NCBI GenBank assembly: GCA_965248925.1
Contig: CBDFLE010000005.1
Location: 704,001-768,000, forward strand
Direction of reading: 5' to 3'
Source: Candidatus Multivoradales bacterium
GTDB taxonomy: Bacteria; Acidobacteriota; Thermoanaerobaculia; Multivoradales; J023
Length of the DNA: 64,000 bases
The position numbers were made by a program, and so were the translations under genes. This document shows, one piece after another, positions 1 through 9,800 of the stretch. The notes under the pieces are model-generated. The model searched no databases. It was not told the origin of the DNA and saw only the letters and a program-made list of their open reading frames with translations. The number at the start of each line of letters is the position of its first letter. Within the stretch, counting starts at the first letter, position 1.

Positions 1-3000
1 AGTCGGGATAGTCGAGGGTCGCGAGGTTGCCTTGCAGGTCATAGGAGAACCCACTCTGGAAGGCGTAGTGACCGACGCCGAGCTGATAGCGGGTCTGGCG
101 CTCGGACATCCGGCCGCCACGACCCGCGTAGACGAAGCTCTCGGAGATTCGGACATCGAGGAAGCCAGGATTGGCGTTCAGCGGATTCACCAGATCCACC
201 CAGTTGTGGCGGGTGGTCTGCACCAGCTTGCCGGCCCGCTTGTCACTGCCGATGTTCTGGCGGCCGTAGCGGAACTCCTTGAGCTTGCGCGGCGAGCCGC
301 CGTTGTTCTCGTCGACGCGGATCAATCGGCCGGCCGGATCGTAGAGGTAGTCGAGGTCAAATACGGTGGAGCCACCGATGCGTTTGCTCAAAACGCTGCC
401 ACGAGCATCATAGGAATAGGTCGTGGCGCCGTTGCCCACTGGGCCGACTTCGGGATGGGTCTCGGAGGTCAGGAAGCTGCGACCGTCATAGTTGAAGAAG
501 CGTTGCTGGCCACAGGTCGATCCAGTCCGATTCTGGCAAACGTGGGTGAGCCGCGAGCCGGCGTCGTAGGCGTAGCGAGTCAGCAAGCCGCCCGCGTTGC
601 AGCTGCCATTCCAGGCCGCCGATCTGCCTTCACAAACCTCGAACAATCGGCCCTGGCCATCGGAGATCTCGGTGTTGTAGGTGTCTTCTTGCACTCCGGA
701 GGCGAGCATCACTTTGAACCGCCGCGTCTTGGTGCGTTCGCCCTCGTAGCTGAGGAATGTGGCCGGCTGGCTTGGTGGGGTGATCCTGCCGGGGCGGCCG
801 AAGTTGTCGTACTGCTCGTACTTGGTGACGCGGCTGTCGGAAGTGGCGTTGAGGGTCCACACCGATTCCGCGGTCTTCCAGGCCCGTGGGTTGAAGCTCA
901 TGTGGCGGTACCAGCGCACTCCGCCGGGCAACTGCACCTGCTCTTTGACCCTACGGCCGAGGCCGTCGAAAGTGTGCTGGCGGTAGGCCAGCAGGCCGGA
1001 GCCCGAGCAGGCGGCGGTGGTGACGCACTGCTCTTCGGTCAGCAGCGGCATCAGGTTGAAGTTGCTCTGGGTGGCCAGCCGGTAGGTGTAGCGGCGCACC
1101 GCCTCGCTCTCGGGAAACTCGTGGGTCAAGCGGCCCTGCCGGTCATAGAGGAAGTCGATCTTGACCCCGGCGCTGTCTCGGCTGCGTTTGACCAGGCCGG
1201 TGTTCTTGTCGAGATCGTAGTCGGCCAGTTTGAGTAGCACTTCGCTGGTGGCGCAAGGGTTGACCACCGTCGAGTTTCTCAGCACGCCGTACTGGTAGCC
1301 GTAGTTGGTGCGGTAAAGGGCGCCGGATTGGGCCGGGTTGATGCTGCCCAGGCTTGCGGTGCTGATCGCCTGGCTGTCGCCGCCGTATTGCAGCTCAGAG
1401 GCGACGAAGCCGGTGCTGCCAGCCTGCACGAAGATGCTCAGCAGGTCGTTCGACTGCCGCGAGCCACCTGCCAACACCCTGCGTTTGCGCAGGAAGCCGT
1501 TGACTAGCGCAAAGTCATACTCGGTGGATTCGGTGACGCCGTTCTCGGTCACCGATTGCGAGTTGAAGGTCTCCAGCACCCAGGGCTGGGTCTGGCCGAA
1601 CATGGCGAAATCGGTGGCCGGATCGATGGCGCCGGTGTCGCTGTTGGCGATCAGGTAGGAGCCGCGATTCTGGTTGTAGAAGGTCTCGCTCGCGCGCACG
1701 TTGCCGCTGGCGAAGTTGCCGCCGGTGGTGGTGGTGCGGAAATGGCCGAGGCCATCGAAGTCCGAGTGGGTGACCTCGCGGAACTTGTCGCCGTCGTCGT
1801 GGTAGATGACTTTGCGGTACTTCATCCGGTGGTTGCGGTCGGCGTAGGTCCCGGATGGACCGTCGTTCTCATACTCCAGGAAGATCGAGCGGCGCTTGCT
1901 GCCGCTGGCCACCGAGCCCTGGTAGATCTCCTGCGACAAGTAGGGTGGGTTGTTGTTGAAGTAGTCGTTGGTGCCCGGCGTGCAGCGGGTGAAGGGCAGG
2001 CCGAAACCCTGGCGATGGATGCCCGCGGAGTTAAACCAGTGCTTTGTGTCGTTGCCTAGCGGGTCGGTCAAGGTGAGCGTGTGGTAGCAAGAGATCTGGC
2101 CGGGGCCGAGCACTCCCTGGGGGTCGTAATCGTAAGTCCAGGTGCCGTGGGGCGAGTTTGGATAGTCGCTGTCTTTGAGATAGGTCGACTTGGTGGCCAC
2201 GCCGGTGCCGGTGTTGGCCCACTCGCGGCCCTCGGGCACATCTGGGCTTTGGGCGTGGAAATCGATCTCTTGGTACTTCCAGCCAAAGGCACCATCGGTG
2301 GGCAGGCGGAGGAACTTGATGCCGCCCGAGAGTTTCTCTCCTACATTGTCGGTGTGGTAGTAGTCCATTTGGTAGAACGAGTCGTCGGGCAAGACCAGGC
2401 GTTCGAGTAGGCGGACGCCGGAAAGGGTGTCCCCTTCGGGCACACACGAAGGCTGCGCGCCTTGGCGCTCCAGGTCGACCGGGCCGGAGTAGACTAGATC
2501 GTAGACGGCGCTTTGGTTGTTGAAGGCGGCGAGGGTGACCTTCTCCAGTCGGCCGGCGGTGAAATCGAGGGAATGACTCCTGTTGGCGGAATCGGTGACG
2601 CTCCAATCGCCGCCCGAGGCGTAGGCTATCTTGACCCAATGGCCGAAGCGGTCGAGCATCTTGGTCACCCGCCAATCGAAGCTGGTGTGGCTGATGTTAT
2701 GGAATTCATGCATCTCACCACTTGGGAATTCCACCGTCCGGCAATCCTGGTCGAGCAGATTCGACGGCGTCTCGCAGGGGCTCGATGCGAATGGGTAGTA
2801 GCGCATTCTCAGGTAGGTACTGTCGCGGGTGAACCAGGTGTTGGGCTGGGTGCCGGCGGGCGGGTAGGTGCCGCTCTGGGCCGGGTGGAGGAAATCGTGG
2901 AAGGCGTGTTGCCCGCCGTCAGGGCTCAAATAGGAAAACCCGCTGAAGGGTGGCGCGGGATTGCCGCCTTCGGAGCGCACCAACTGGCCAAGATTGACCC

Positions 3001-3352
3001 GCCACCCCCAGCCAGAATTCGCATCGAGATCTTGAATCGGCAAGTTGTAGGAAACCAGCATCTGGTTGGGCGGCGTGCCCTCGGTGCAGCTCTGTTGGTC
3101 GTCAAAGTCCCAGCCGCTGGAGTTGTAGGTCAGGGTGAAGCCGTAGCTCAGAGTGGGACCCACCGGGTAGCTCTGGCCGAGGGGCAGGCGGAGCGACAGA
3201 TTCCCCGAGAAGAGGTTGATCGAGTCGATGTCGCCGACTTGGAAGGCGGTGTCGGCGGTGACGCCCCGCTGGTGGCTCTGGGGCTGTTGCGCGGCGGTCG
3301 GCCCGGCGAGGGCAACGTAGAGAAGTGAGGCGATGAGAATTTTCTGTTGCAT
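1..3352 (-). CDS. Rhs/YD-repeat protein copy 1 (N-terminal ~1117 aa; C-terminus beyond the left edge)
   Basis: Near-identical to 8500-11851 at offset 8499. ATG at 3352 (MQQKILIAS...). The frame stays open through the diverged 1-375 part (…STVFDLDYLYDPAGRLIRVDENNGG…). It is missing from the ORF track because there is no stop inside the window. Confidence 0.93.
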   Translation of the reverse strand, partial: MQQKILIASLLYVALAGPTAAQQPQSHQRGVTADTAFQVGDIDSINLFSGNLSLRLPLGQSYPVGPTLSYGFTLTYNSSGWDFDDQQSCTEGTPPNQMLVSYNLPIQDLDANSGWGWRVNLGQLVRSEGGNPAPPFSGFSYLSPDGGQHAFHDFLHPAQSGTYPPAGTQPNTWFTRDSTYLRMRYYPFASSPCETPSNLLDQDCRTVEFPSGEMHEFHNISHTSFDWRVTKMLDRFGHWVKIAYASGGDWSVTDSANRSHSLDFTAGRLEKVTLAAFNNQSAVYDLVYSGPVDLERQGAQPSCVPEGDTLSGVRLLERLVLPDDSFYQMDYYHTDNVGEKLSGGIKFLRLPTDGAFGWKYQEIDFHAQSPDVPEGREWANTGTGVATKSTYLKDSDYPNSPHGTWTYDYDPQGVLGPGQISCYHTLTLTDPLGNDTKHWFNSAGIHRQGFGLPFTRCTPGTNDYFNNNPPYLSQEIYQGSVASGSKRRSIFLEYENDGPSGTYADRNHRMKYRKVIYHDDGDKFREVTHSDFDGLGHFRTTTTGGNFASGNVRASETFYNQNRGSYLIANSDTGAIDPATDFAMFGQTQPWVLETFNSQSVTENGVTESTEYDFALVNGFLRKRRVLAGGSRQSNDLLSIFVQAGSTGFVASELQYGGDSQAISTASLGSINPAQSGALYRTNYGYQYGVLRNSTVVNPCATSEVLLKLADYDLDKNTGLVKRSRDSAGVKIDFLYDRQGRLTHEFPESEAVRRYTYRLATQSNFNLMPLLTEEQCVTTAACSGSGLLAYRQHTFDGLGRRVKEQVQLPGGVRWYRHMSFNPRAWKTAESVWTLNATSDSRVTKYEQYDNFGRPGRITPPSQPATFLSYEGERTKTRRFKVMLASGVQEDTYNTEISDGQGRLFEVCEGRSAAWNGSCNAGGLLTRYAYDAGSRLTHVCQNRTGSTCGQQRFFNYDGRSFLTSETHPEVGPVGNGATTYSYDARGSVLSKRIGGSTVFDLDYLYDPAGRLIRVDENNGGSPRKLKEFRYGRQNIGSDKRAGKLVQTTRHNWVDLVNPLNANPGFLDVRISESFVYAGRGGRMSERQTRYQLGVGHYAFQSGFSYDLQGNLATLDYPD

Positions 3353-3735
3353 AGTCTTTGACTCCTTCAGCAGCCGCTGCCGGGGCAGGTGCTATCCCAT
3401 TGATTGGCATTGCCAGACTCAAAGTTGTCGCCAAAGAGCACGGCGATGGACTTGACGGCGACGGTGGCCGAGGTGCTGTGGTGGGTCTCGTCTTCGATGC
3501 GGTAGGTCAGGGTGCAGTTGGCATCGATCGACGGGTTGGGGGTCAAGCGGATCAGATCGAGCACGATCTCGGTGCTCGCCGGGCAGGTGCTGGCGAGGAC
3601 GGTGACAGTCAGGGCTTCGCCGTCGGGCTCGGTGTCGTTGGCCAGGACATCAATCAGGATCGGGGCGGAGGCGGCTTCGGCGTTGTCGCCCGAGGCGATG
3701 GGGGTGCTGTTGCATTGAGCGTGGGCAGCGGTGGC
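1..3735. repeat. Long direct repeat, copy 1 (partner ~8500-12234)
   Basis: Line-by-line identity at offset 8499. Almost invariant over ~376-3500, with scattered substitutions on either side. Confidence 0.95.
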
Positions 3736-3801
3736 GGCGACTGCGACTGCCAGTAGGCAGGCGGCGTTTAGGATCGAACATCTGGGGATTCTGTCTCTCA
3801 A
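3367..3801 (-). CDS. Small secreted Ig-like (Big_9/cadherin-like) protein with C-terminal FGDNFESG motif, copy 1
   Basis: GAGG RBS before a TTG start; signal peptide ending AHA-Q; 'PIASGD…IDVLANDTEPDGEALTV' Ig-like signature; tail LFGDNFESGNANQW. Confidence 0.85.
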   Translation of the reverse strand: MRDRIPRCSILNAACLLAVAVAATAAHAQCNSTPIASGDNAEAASAPILIDVLANDTEPDGEALTVTVLASTCPASTEIVLDLIRLTPNPSIDANCTLTYRIEDETHHSTSATVAVKSIAVLFGDNFESGNANQWDSTCPGSGC

Positions 3802-3843
3802 GGCTACCTCACTTTCTGGAAGATTCTAGATTCGTTCTCTTGC

Positions 3844-3872
3844 TTGGACTGGCCCTAGGCCCACCAGGTTCC
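3844..3872 (-). promoter_or_regulatory. ECF sigma-type promoter GGAACC-N17-GTCCAA (copy 1)
   Basis: Both hexamers and the 17-nt spacing are conserved at 12343-12371, while the spacer sequence has largely diverged. Confidence 0.75.
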
Positions 3873-3922
3873 CGCTCGACTTTGTTTCGTCAAACAAGCT
3901 ATGGGAAAAGATGTTAGAGACC

Positions 3923-3959
3923 AAACGGTTCATTTTGGCAGGCTGGAAATGAACCGTTT
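3923..3959. repeat. 13-bp perfect inverted repeat (AAACGGTTCATTT-N11-AAATGAACCGTTT)
   Basis: Seen directly, within an AT-rich segment upstream of the copy-1 promoter. Confidence 0.8.
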
Positions 3960-4138
3960 CCCCTCGATCCACTGAATGACAGAGATTGCACGCGAGGGAA
4001 CTCCTTGTTTTCGATATTCTGATATTGTCTACATATATCAATGGTCAAAATCGCGGCGTGCATTCGATAGCCGCACATCCAATCCCGAGGTCATTCGGCG
4101 GGCACTGCTCGCGCAACTCGCAAAAGACCAATAAGCGC

Positions 4139-4648
4139 TCACTCCACCACGGCACTCCGCCCCCGCAACAGCACCACCACCCGAGCAGCACACCTCGCGA
4201 GATCGTCTCCGACCTCCAGCGACTCAATCCAGCCGCTCAGCCGTCGGCGTGCTTTTCCTGTCGGCCGGTGCGCCTGCTGCTCCCATCCCGAAATCGTCTC
4301 TGGTGCCACGTCGATGACCGTGGCGAGAGAGCGCTGCGAAAATCCGAGCCTGCGCCGCAAAGCCATCAGCAGCTCAGCCACATTCTCGGGCTCAGGGTTT
4401 GGATCGTAGCCAAGCCAGTCCGTGAGTGCCGGCCAAAACCGGACTTCCGGGTAGCCCCTGTCATGTTCCCAATTTACTATCGAACCCAGACAGACGCCGA
4501 GCGTTCGGGCAACGTCTTTCTGCAACTGACCACGATCAAGCCGACATCTCTTGATGTGGTTACCAATCGTAACAAGTTCTCGCGGATACCCCGCAATCTT
4601 GGGGATACGTCCTCTCAACTGGACATGGCAAAAGGGGGCCGCAATCAT
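4139..4648 (-). CDS. Tandem XRE-family helix-turn-helix protein
   Basis: Two HTH_3-like units: 'IGNHIKRCRLDRGQLQKDVARTLGVCLGSIVNWE' and 'LMALRRRLGFSQRSLATVIDVAPETISGWE'. ATG at 4648 was chosen because upstream sequence is the antisense of comM. Confidence 0.75.
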   Translation of the reverse strand: MIAAPFCHVQLRGRIPKIAGYPRELVTIGNHIKRCRLDRGQLQKDVARTLGVCLGSIVNWEHDRGYPEVRFWPALTDWLGYDPNPEPENVAELLMALRRRLGFSQRSLATVIDVAPETISGWEQQAHRPTGKARRRLSGWIESLEVGDDLARCAARVVVLLRGRSAVVE

Positions 4649-4653
4649 GCAAG

Positions 4654-5130
4654 TGCGGGCATTTGGGGGACGATCGGCATCACTGCAAATGCTCGCCACA
4701 GATGATCGAACGCTATCGCAGTCGGGTCTCAGGGCCGCTTCTCGACCGCATCGACATGCATGTCGAGGTGCCGGCGGTGAGCCTTGCCGAGTTGCGCAGC
4801 GAAGCCACCGAAGGGACTCGGGAAGTAGCGTGGAGAGTGCGCCAGGCGAGAGAGATCCAGCGCAGTAGATTCGGCTCCCAGACGGACGTGCCGGTCAATG
4901 CCTCCCTGGGGAGCGACGGCATCGAGCAGCATTGCGTGCTAGCGCCCGATGCCCAGCGCTTGGTCGACACCGCCTTCGACAAGCTCAAGCTGTCGGCACG
5001 GGCACTCAGCCGCATCCTCAAGCTATCCCGCACCATCGCCGACCTCGACAGTTCGGCGGAGATTCGGGCAGCGCATGCCGCCGAGGCCATTCAATACCGC
5101 AGCCTGGACCAGCGATCGGAGCGAGGCTGA
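4654..5130 (+). pseudogene. comM: ComM/YifB Mg-chelatase-like ATPase, 3' part only
   Basis: CGHLGD…CKCSPQMIERYRSRVSGPLLDRIDMHVEVP…LSARALSRILKLSRTIADL…HAAEAIQYR. The N-terminal ~two-thirds (LonC-like domain and Walker A/B) is absent. Confidence 0.9.
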
Positions 5131-6071
5131 TGCCACGTTTACCACGCTACTTGCCGCGTCCCGGCTGCTTGGTCGAGATCACCCAGCGGACTCTGCAAGG
5201 GCGCTACCTCCTACGACCGAGCCGGCGTCTCAATCAGCTTCTAATCGGAATTCTTGCCAAAGCCCAGCAAGAAACCGAGCTCGCCGTCCATGCGATCGCC
5301 GTCCTCTCAAATCACTTCCACCTACTCGCTTCACCGGCCACCGTCGAACAGATTGCGCGATTTATGGGACACCTCAAGACCAACATAGCCAAAGAAATAG
5401 GTCGTCTCCACGACTGGCCCGGCTCGATGTTCGACCGGCGCTACACCATGATTCCGGTCAGCGACGAAGAGGAAGCTCAGATCAAGCGCCTCGAGTACCT
5501 CCTCTCTCAAGGCTGCAAAGAAGGGCTCGTGACGTCACCCCTCGAGTGGCCGGGAGCCCACTGCGCAGGAGCGCTCCTGACGGGCTATCCGCTGAGGGGA
5601 ATCTGGATCGACCGCACTCGGCAATGGGCGGCGAGCCAGCGCGAGGCCGACACCGGGGAATCCGACTTCGTAACCGACGTCGAGCTAAAGCTCGACAACC
5701 TGCCATGTTGGAAGCATCTTGCGCTAGAAGCCCAGCAGCAACACATCTTGGAGCTCATCGAGAAGATCGAGAGAGATACTGCAAGACTCCATCAAGACCG
5801 AGGAACCGAGCCCCTCGGCGCATTCCTCGTCGGCCAGCAGCAGACACATCGACGCCCCGGCCAGCAACCGACAAACCCACCCCCCTTCTTTCACGTCTAT
5901 CGGAAGAAAGTCCGGCACGCGATGCGCTTGGCCTTGGGCGAATTCCTCACTGCATACCGTACGGCCGCGGAGAAACTTCGAAGCCGTGGAGCACCTAGCG
6001 GATTTCCTGAAAACTCCTTCCCGCCAAGACCAAAATTCGTTGACACCAACACCCCTTCTGACTCTTCATAA
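5130..6071 (+). mobile_element. HUH Y1 transposase, REP-associated (RAYT / IS200-like)
   Basis: 'LVEITQRT', HUH motif 'AVLSNHFHLL', 'MFDRRY', 'YLLSQGCKEGLVTSPLEWPG'. The ATG overlaps the comM TGA. Confidence 0.85.
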
Positions 6072-6072
6072 T

Positions 6073-6386
6073 GTGCCTGGCACCTATTTCTCCTATTTCT
6101 GCACCTATTTCTGCTGGGTTTCGGGCACTGGAGGGCTTCGAGGTCGAGGACCAGGAAGCCGTCATCAGGCTCATCGACGCGATGATTCTCAAGCACCGGG
6201 TCCAGGGTGCAGTAGGAGCCGGTAGCGCTGCCTCTTAGAAGAAGCGATGCCCGAGCCCCAGGTGTACTGAAAGCCCGGCTCGCACCGGGCTTCACTCAAT
6301 GCAAGTGGCTGATCCTAGGTGGCTTGTGAATTGGCTGGCACCTATTCAGGGACCACCCGCTAATGTGTGGCACCCTCTCGGGTGCC
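6073..6386. repeat. Short palindromes and repeats downstream of the RAYT
   Basis: GTGCCTGGCAC palindrome (6073-6083); CCTATTTC three times; CTGGCACCTATT at 6077 and 6335; hairpins at 6271-6292 and 6369-6386. Confidence 0.6.
6119..6238 (+). pseudogene. C-terminal remnant of an XRE-type regulator
   Basis: FRALEGFEVEDQEAVIRLIDAMILKHRVQ resembles the C-terminal helices of XRE repressors. No start codon or HTH is present. Confidence 0.45.
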
Positions 6387-6407
6387 GCATGCAGCGCCCA
6401 CTGTGGG

Positions 6408-6809
6408 CTACTTCGACGAAGCGATCGTTATCGGATTTCCGTCGCGAAAGACAATATCCCGAGCAAGGTCGCCGACGATATTCTCCTGCTCCATCTCGAA
6501 ATAATGATCGAGATCATCAAAGTCTAGCCTTCGGTCGCTGCCAGGTGAAATCAGCACAAACGAGAACTCTGGTTCTCTTCGAGTCCTGAAGAAATATCGA
6601 GTCCCCCACCGGTCCTTCCCGTCTCCTATCGAATCGATGATTCGCCGAGCCTGCTCGTCAGAAATAGAGCCTTCCAACTTCACATGAGACTGAATGTCTC
6701 GCGAGATATTCAGTAGATCCGCAAACGTTGGAAGTTGTTTCGTTGCCGACATCACACCCCAGCAGTCGATCTGGCACAGCAAAAGCAAGGACCCTAAGAG
6801 TTTCTTCAT
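6408..6809 (-). CDS. Putative Rhs immunity protein, exported, GspG/T2SSG-like motifs
   Basis: 4-bp ATGA overlap with the Rhs stop; lower GC; hydrophobic N-terminus; 'KDRWGTRY…FVLISPGSD…DIVFRDG'. Confidence 0.7.
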   Translation of the reverse strand: MKKLLGSLLLLCQIDCWGVMSATKQLPTFADLLNISRDIQSHVKLEGSISDEQARRIIDSIGDGKDRWGTRYFFRTRREPEFSFVLISPGSDRRLDFDDLDHYFEMEQENIVGDLARDIVFRDGNPITIASSK

Positions 6810-9800
6810 CGTTCACCTTCCGACAGCAATGGCTCCTGGTCAAGAATTAGAAGATGCTCCTCGACTTGGTTCGGGAAAACTTCCTGAACCAACAGAGGGT
6901 CGAATACAACTATTGCAGAAACCTGATCTGACAAGACCCCGTCTTCCAGTGCTGCCGCCAGCCGTTGGGGAGAGTCGTATAGGATCCCCCTCTCCGGCCG
7001 TTGACCTTCGGAAAGAACCCCTGCATCGCGAAGAACGTCACCACAGGCCGAACTGCAGTTCTGGCGACGTACCTCGTATGCCTTCTTCGGCTTTTTCGCC
7101 GAGTCGACAATACGAGAGTCTCGGGCCGCATCGGATTTCATTACGAATGCGGTCACACGGCGTTGCTGGGCCAAGTACTTATTGATGAATGCTGCAACGG
7201 ACGGCTCAAGTTGAACAGGAGTCCCTTCACTTACCGACGCTCTCCCCTCTGCCGCGGTGGCTATTATCGCTGCGTGACCGAAGCTAGTGCTAGCTTCGTT
7301 GAAGCTACCAGAAACGACAAAAACAACCGTCTCCTTCCCGTTTCGATCTAGGAATTTCGCAGGATTATTAAGCGCATAGGTGTACCGATTCCACCGCTGC
7401 TGAAGACGGGTCGGATTTCTCAACAACTTTGGATCTGTTCCCAGAAACCGCCCCACGACCGGACTACAATGCCGAGCATGCATGTAGTCGAGGTCTCCGT
7501 TGGCCCCCACCCCATTCTCATCCCGCTCATGGCCGGTAAATTTCAGCTGAAACTCATCCGAGGTGGTGCTAGTCGCCTCTCGCCCAAACGGGTAGTAGCT
7601 GTGCAGTGCTACCTGGCTACCACCCTTGGTCACCTGCCGCGGCGAGCCAAGATGATCAAGATGGAAGCTGTAGGTCTCCTCGACACCGTTGGCGTCGGGA
7701 TCGACTGAAGCTAGCATCTGCCCACCCCGATAGACGTAGTCCCGCTCCCACTCGAAGCTTTCGCCACGTGGATGGCTAAAGACCCGCAGCACCTCGTTGC
7801 CGAGACCGCGCAGGGTCCAGGTCTCGCTGGCCGGGCTGCTGACGCAGCTGCTGCCGGCGGCGCTAAAGCAGCTGAAGGTGACGATGCGCTCGTCATCAGC
7901 GTTGTAGATGTACACGCTCGCCTGGTCGGTATTGGATTGCAGGTGCTTCATCATGTTGGCGGCGTCGTAGGTGTACTGGTAGATCTCCGAGCTACTGTAA
8001 CGCACGCGGGTCAGGTTTCCCCCAGCGTCATAGGTGGTGCCGCTGAGGCCGAGGCGGTTGGTGCTGCTGCTCGGGCTCATGGTCTGGCTGGCGCCGTGGG
8101 TGACCATCTGGGTAAGGTTGCCGAAGTTGTCATAGCTCGCGGTCTGTAGGCGGTCGTTGCTGCCGACTTTTACCTCGCCGCTGACCAGGCGCTGGAATCG
8201 GTCATAGCGATATTGCAAGGAGCCGATGCGGTGGATATTTCCGGCTCCGTCGTAGTCGAAGGTGCCGGTGTCCCAGCCGGCGTTGGTAGAGATGCGCTCG
8301 GGCCGGGCGAGGCCGGAGGGATCGACCTGGTAGGTTTCGGTGATGCCGCTCTGGTGGCTGATCTGGGTCAGCATGCCGCCGCTCTGGTAGCTGAGGCTGG
8401 AGGCGAAGCCGGGCACCGCGGTGAGGAGGCCTTTGTCGTAAGCGAAGCTCACCTGCCGCGGTGGGCTGACCTGGTCGCAGCTGTCGTTGCTGTGCAGACA
8501 GTCGGGATAGTCGAGGGTCGCGAGGTTGCCTTGCAGGTCATAGGAGAACCCACTCTGGAAGGCGTAGTGGCCGACGCCGAGCTGGTAGCGGGTCTGGCGC
8601 TCGGACATCCGCCCACCGCGGCCAGCGTAGACGAAGCTCTCGGAGATCCGGACATCGAGGAAGCCAGGATTGGCGTTCAGCGGATTCACCAGATCCACCC
8701 AATTGTGGCGGGTGGTCTGCACCAGCTTGCCGGCCCGCTTGTCGGCACCGACGTTCTTGCGGCCGTAGCGGAACTCCTTGAGCTTGCGCGGCGAGCCACC
8801 GTTGCTCTCGTCAACTCGGATCAGGCGTCCGGCTGGATCGTAGAAGTAGTCGAGGTCGAACTCGGTGGAGCCGCCGATGCGTTTGCTCAAAACGCTGCCA
8901 CGAGCATCATAGGAATAGGTCGTGGCGCCGTTGCCCACTGGGCCGACTTCGGGATGGGTCTCGGAGGTCAGGAAGCTGCGACCGTCATAGTTGAAGAAGC
9001 GTTGCTGGCCACAGGTCGATCCAGTCCGATTCTGGCAAACGTGGGTGAGCCGCGAGCCGGCGTCGTAGGCGTAGCGAGTCAGCAAGCCGCCCGCGTTGCA
9101 GCTGCCATTCCAGGCCGCCGATCTGCCTTCACAAACCTCGAACAATCGGCCCTGGCCATCGGAGATCTCGGTGTTGTAGGTGTCTTCTTGCACTCCGGAG
9201 GCGAGCATCACTTTGAACCGCCGCGTCTTGGTGCGTTCGCCCTCGTAGCTGAGGAATGTGGCCGGCTGGCTTGGTGGGGTGATCCTGCCGGGGCGGCCGA
9301 AGTTGTCGTACTGCTCGTACTTGGTGACGCGGCTGTCGGAAGTGGCGTTGAGGGTCCACACCGATTCCGCGGTCTTCCAGGCCCGTGGGTTGAAGCTCAT
9401 GTGGCGGTACCAGCGCACTCCGCCGGGCAACTGCACCTGCTCTTTGACCCTACGGCCGAGGCCGTCGAAAGTGTGCTGGCGGTAGGCCAGCAGGCCGGAG
9501 CCCGAGCAGGCGGCGGTGGTGACGCACTGCTCTTCGGTCAGCAGCGGCATCAGGTTGAAGTTGCTCTGGGTGGCCAGCCGGTAGGTGTAGCGGCGCACCG
9601 CCTCGCTCTCGGGAAACTCGTGGGTCAAGCGGCCCTGCCGGTCATAGAGGAAGTCGATCTTGACCCCGGCGCTGTCTCGGCTGCGTTTGACCAAGCCGGT
9701 GTTCTTGTCGAGATCGTAGTCGGCCAGTTTGAGTAGCACTTCGCTGGTGGCGCAAGGGTTGACCACCGTCGAGTTTCTCAGCACGCCGTACTGGTAGCCG

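Noticed and set aside
4932-5129. N-terminal extension of the RAYT ORF
   Set aside because: Overlaps comM in another frame; ATG 5130 gives a typical 'MPRLPR' start.
6073-6112. Short repeats as a possible CRISPR remnant
   Set aside because: Units are about 10 bp with no spacers, and no cas genes are present.
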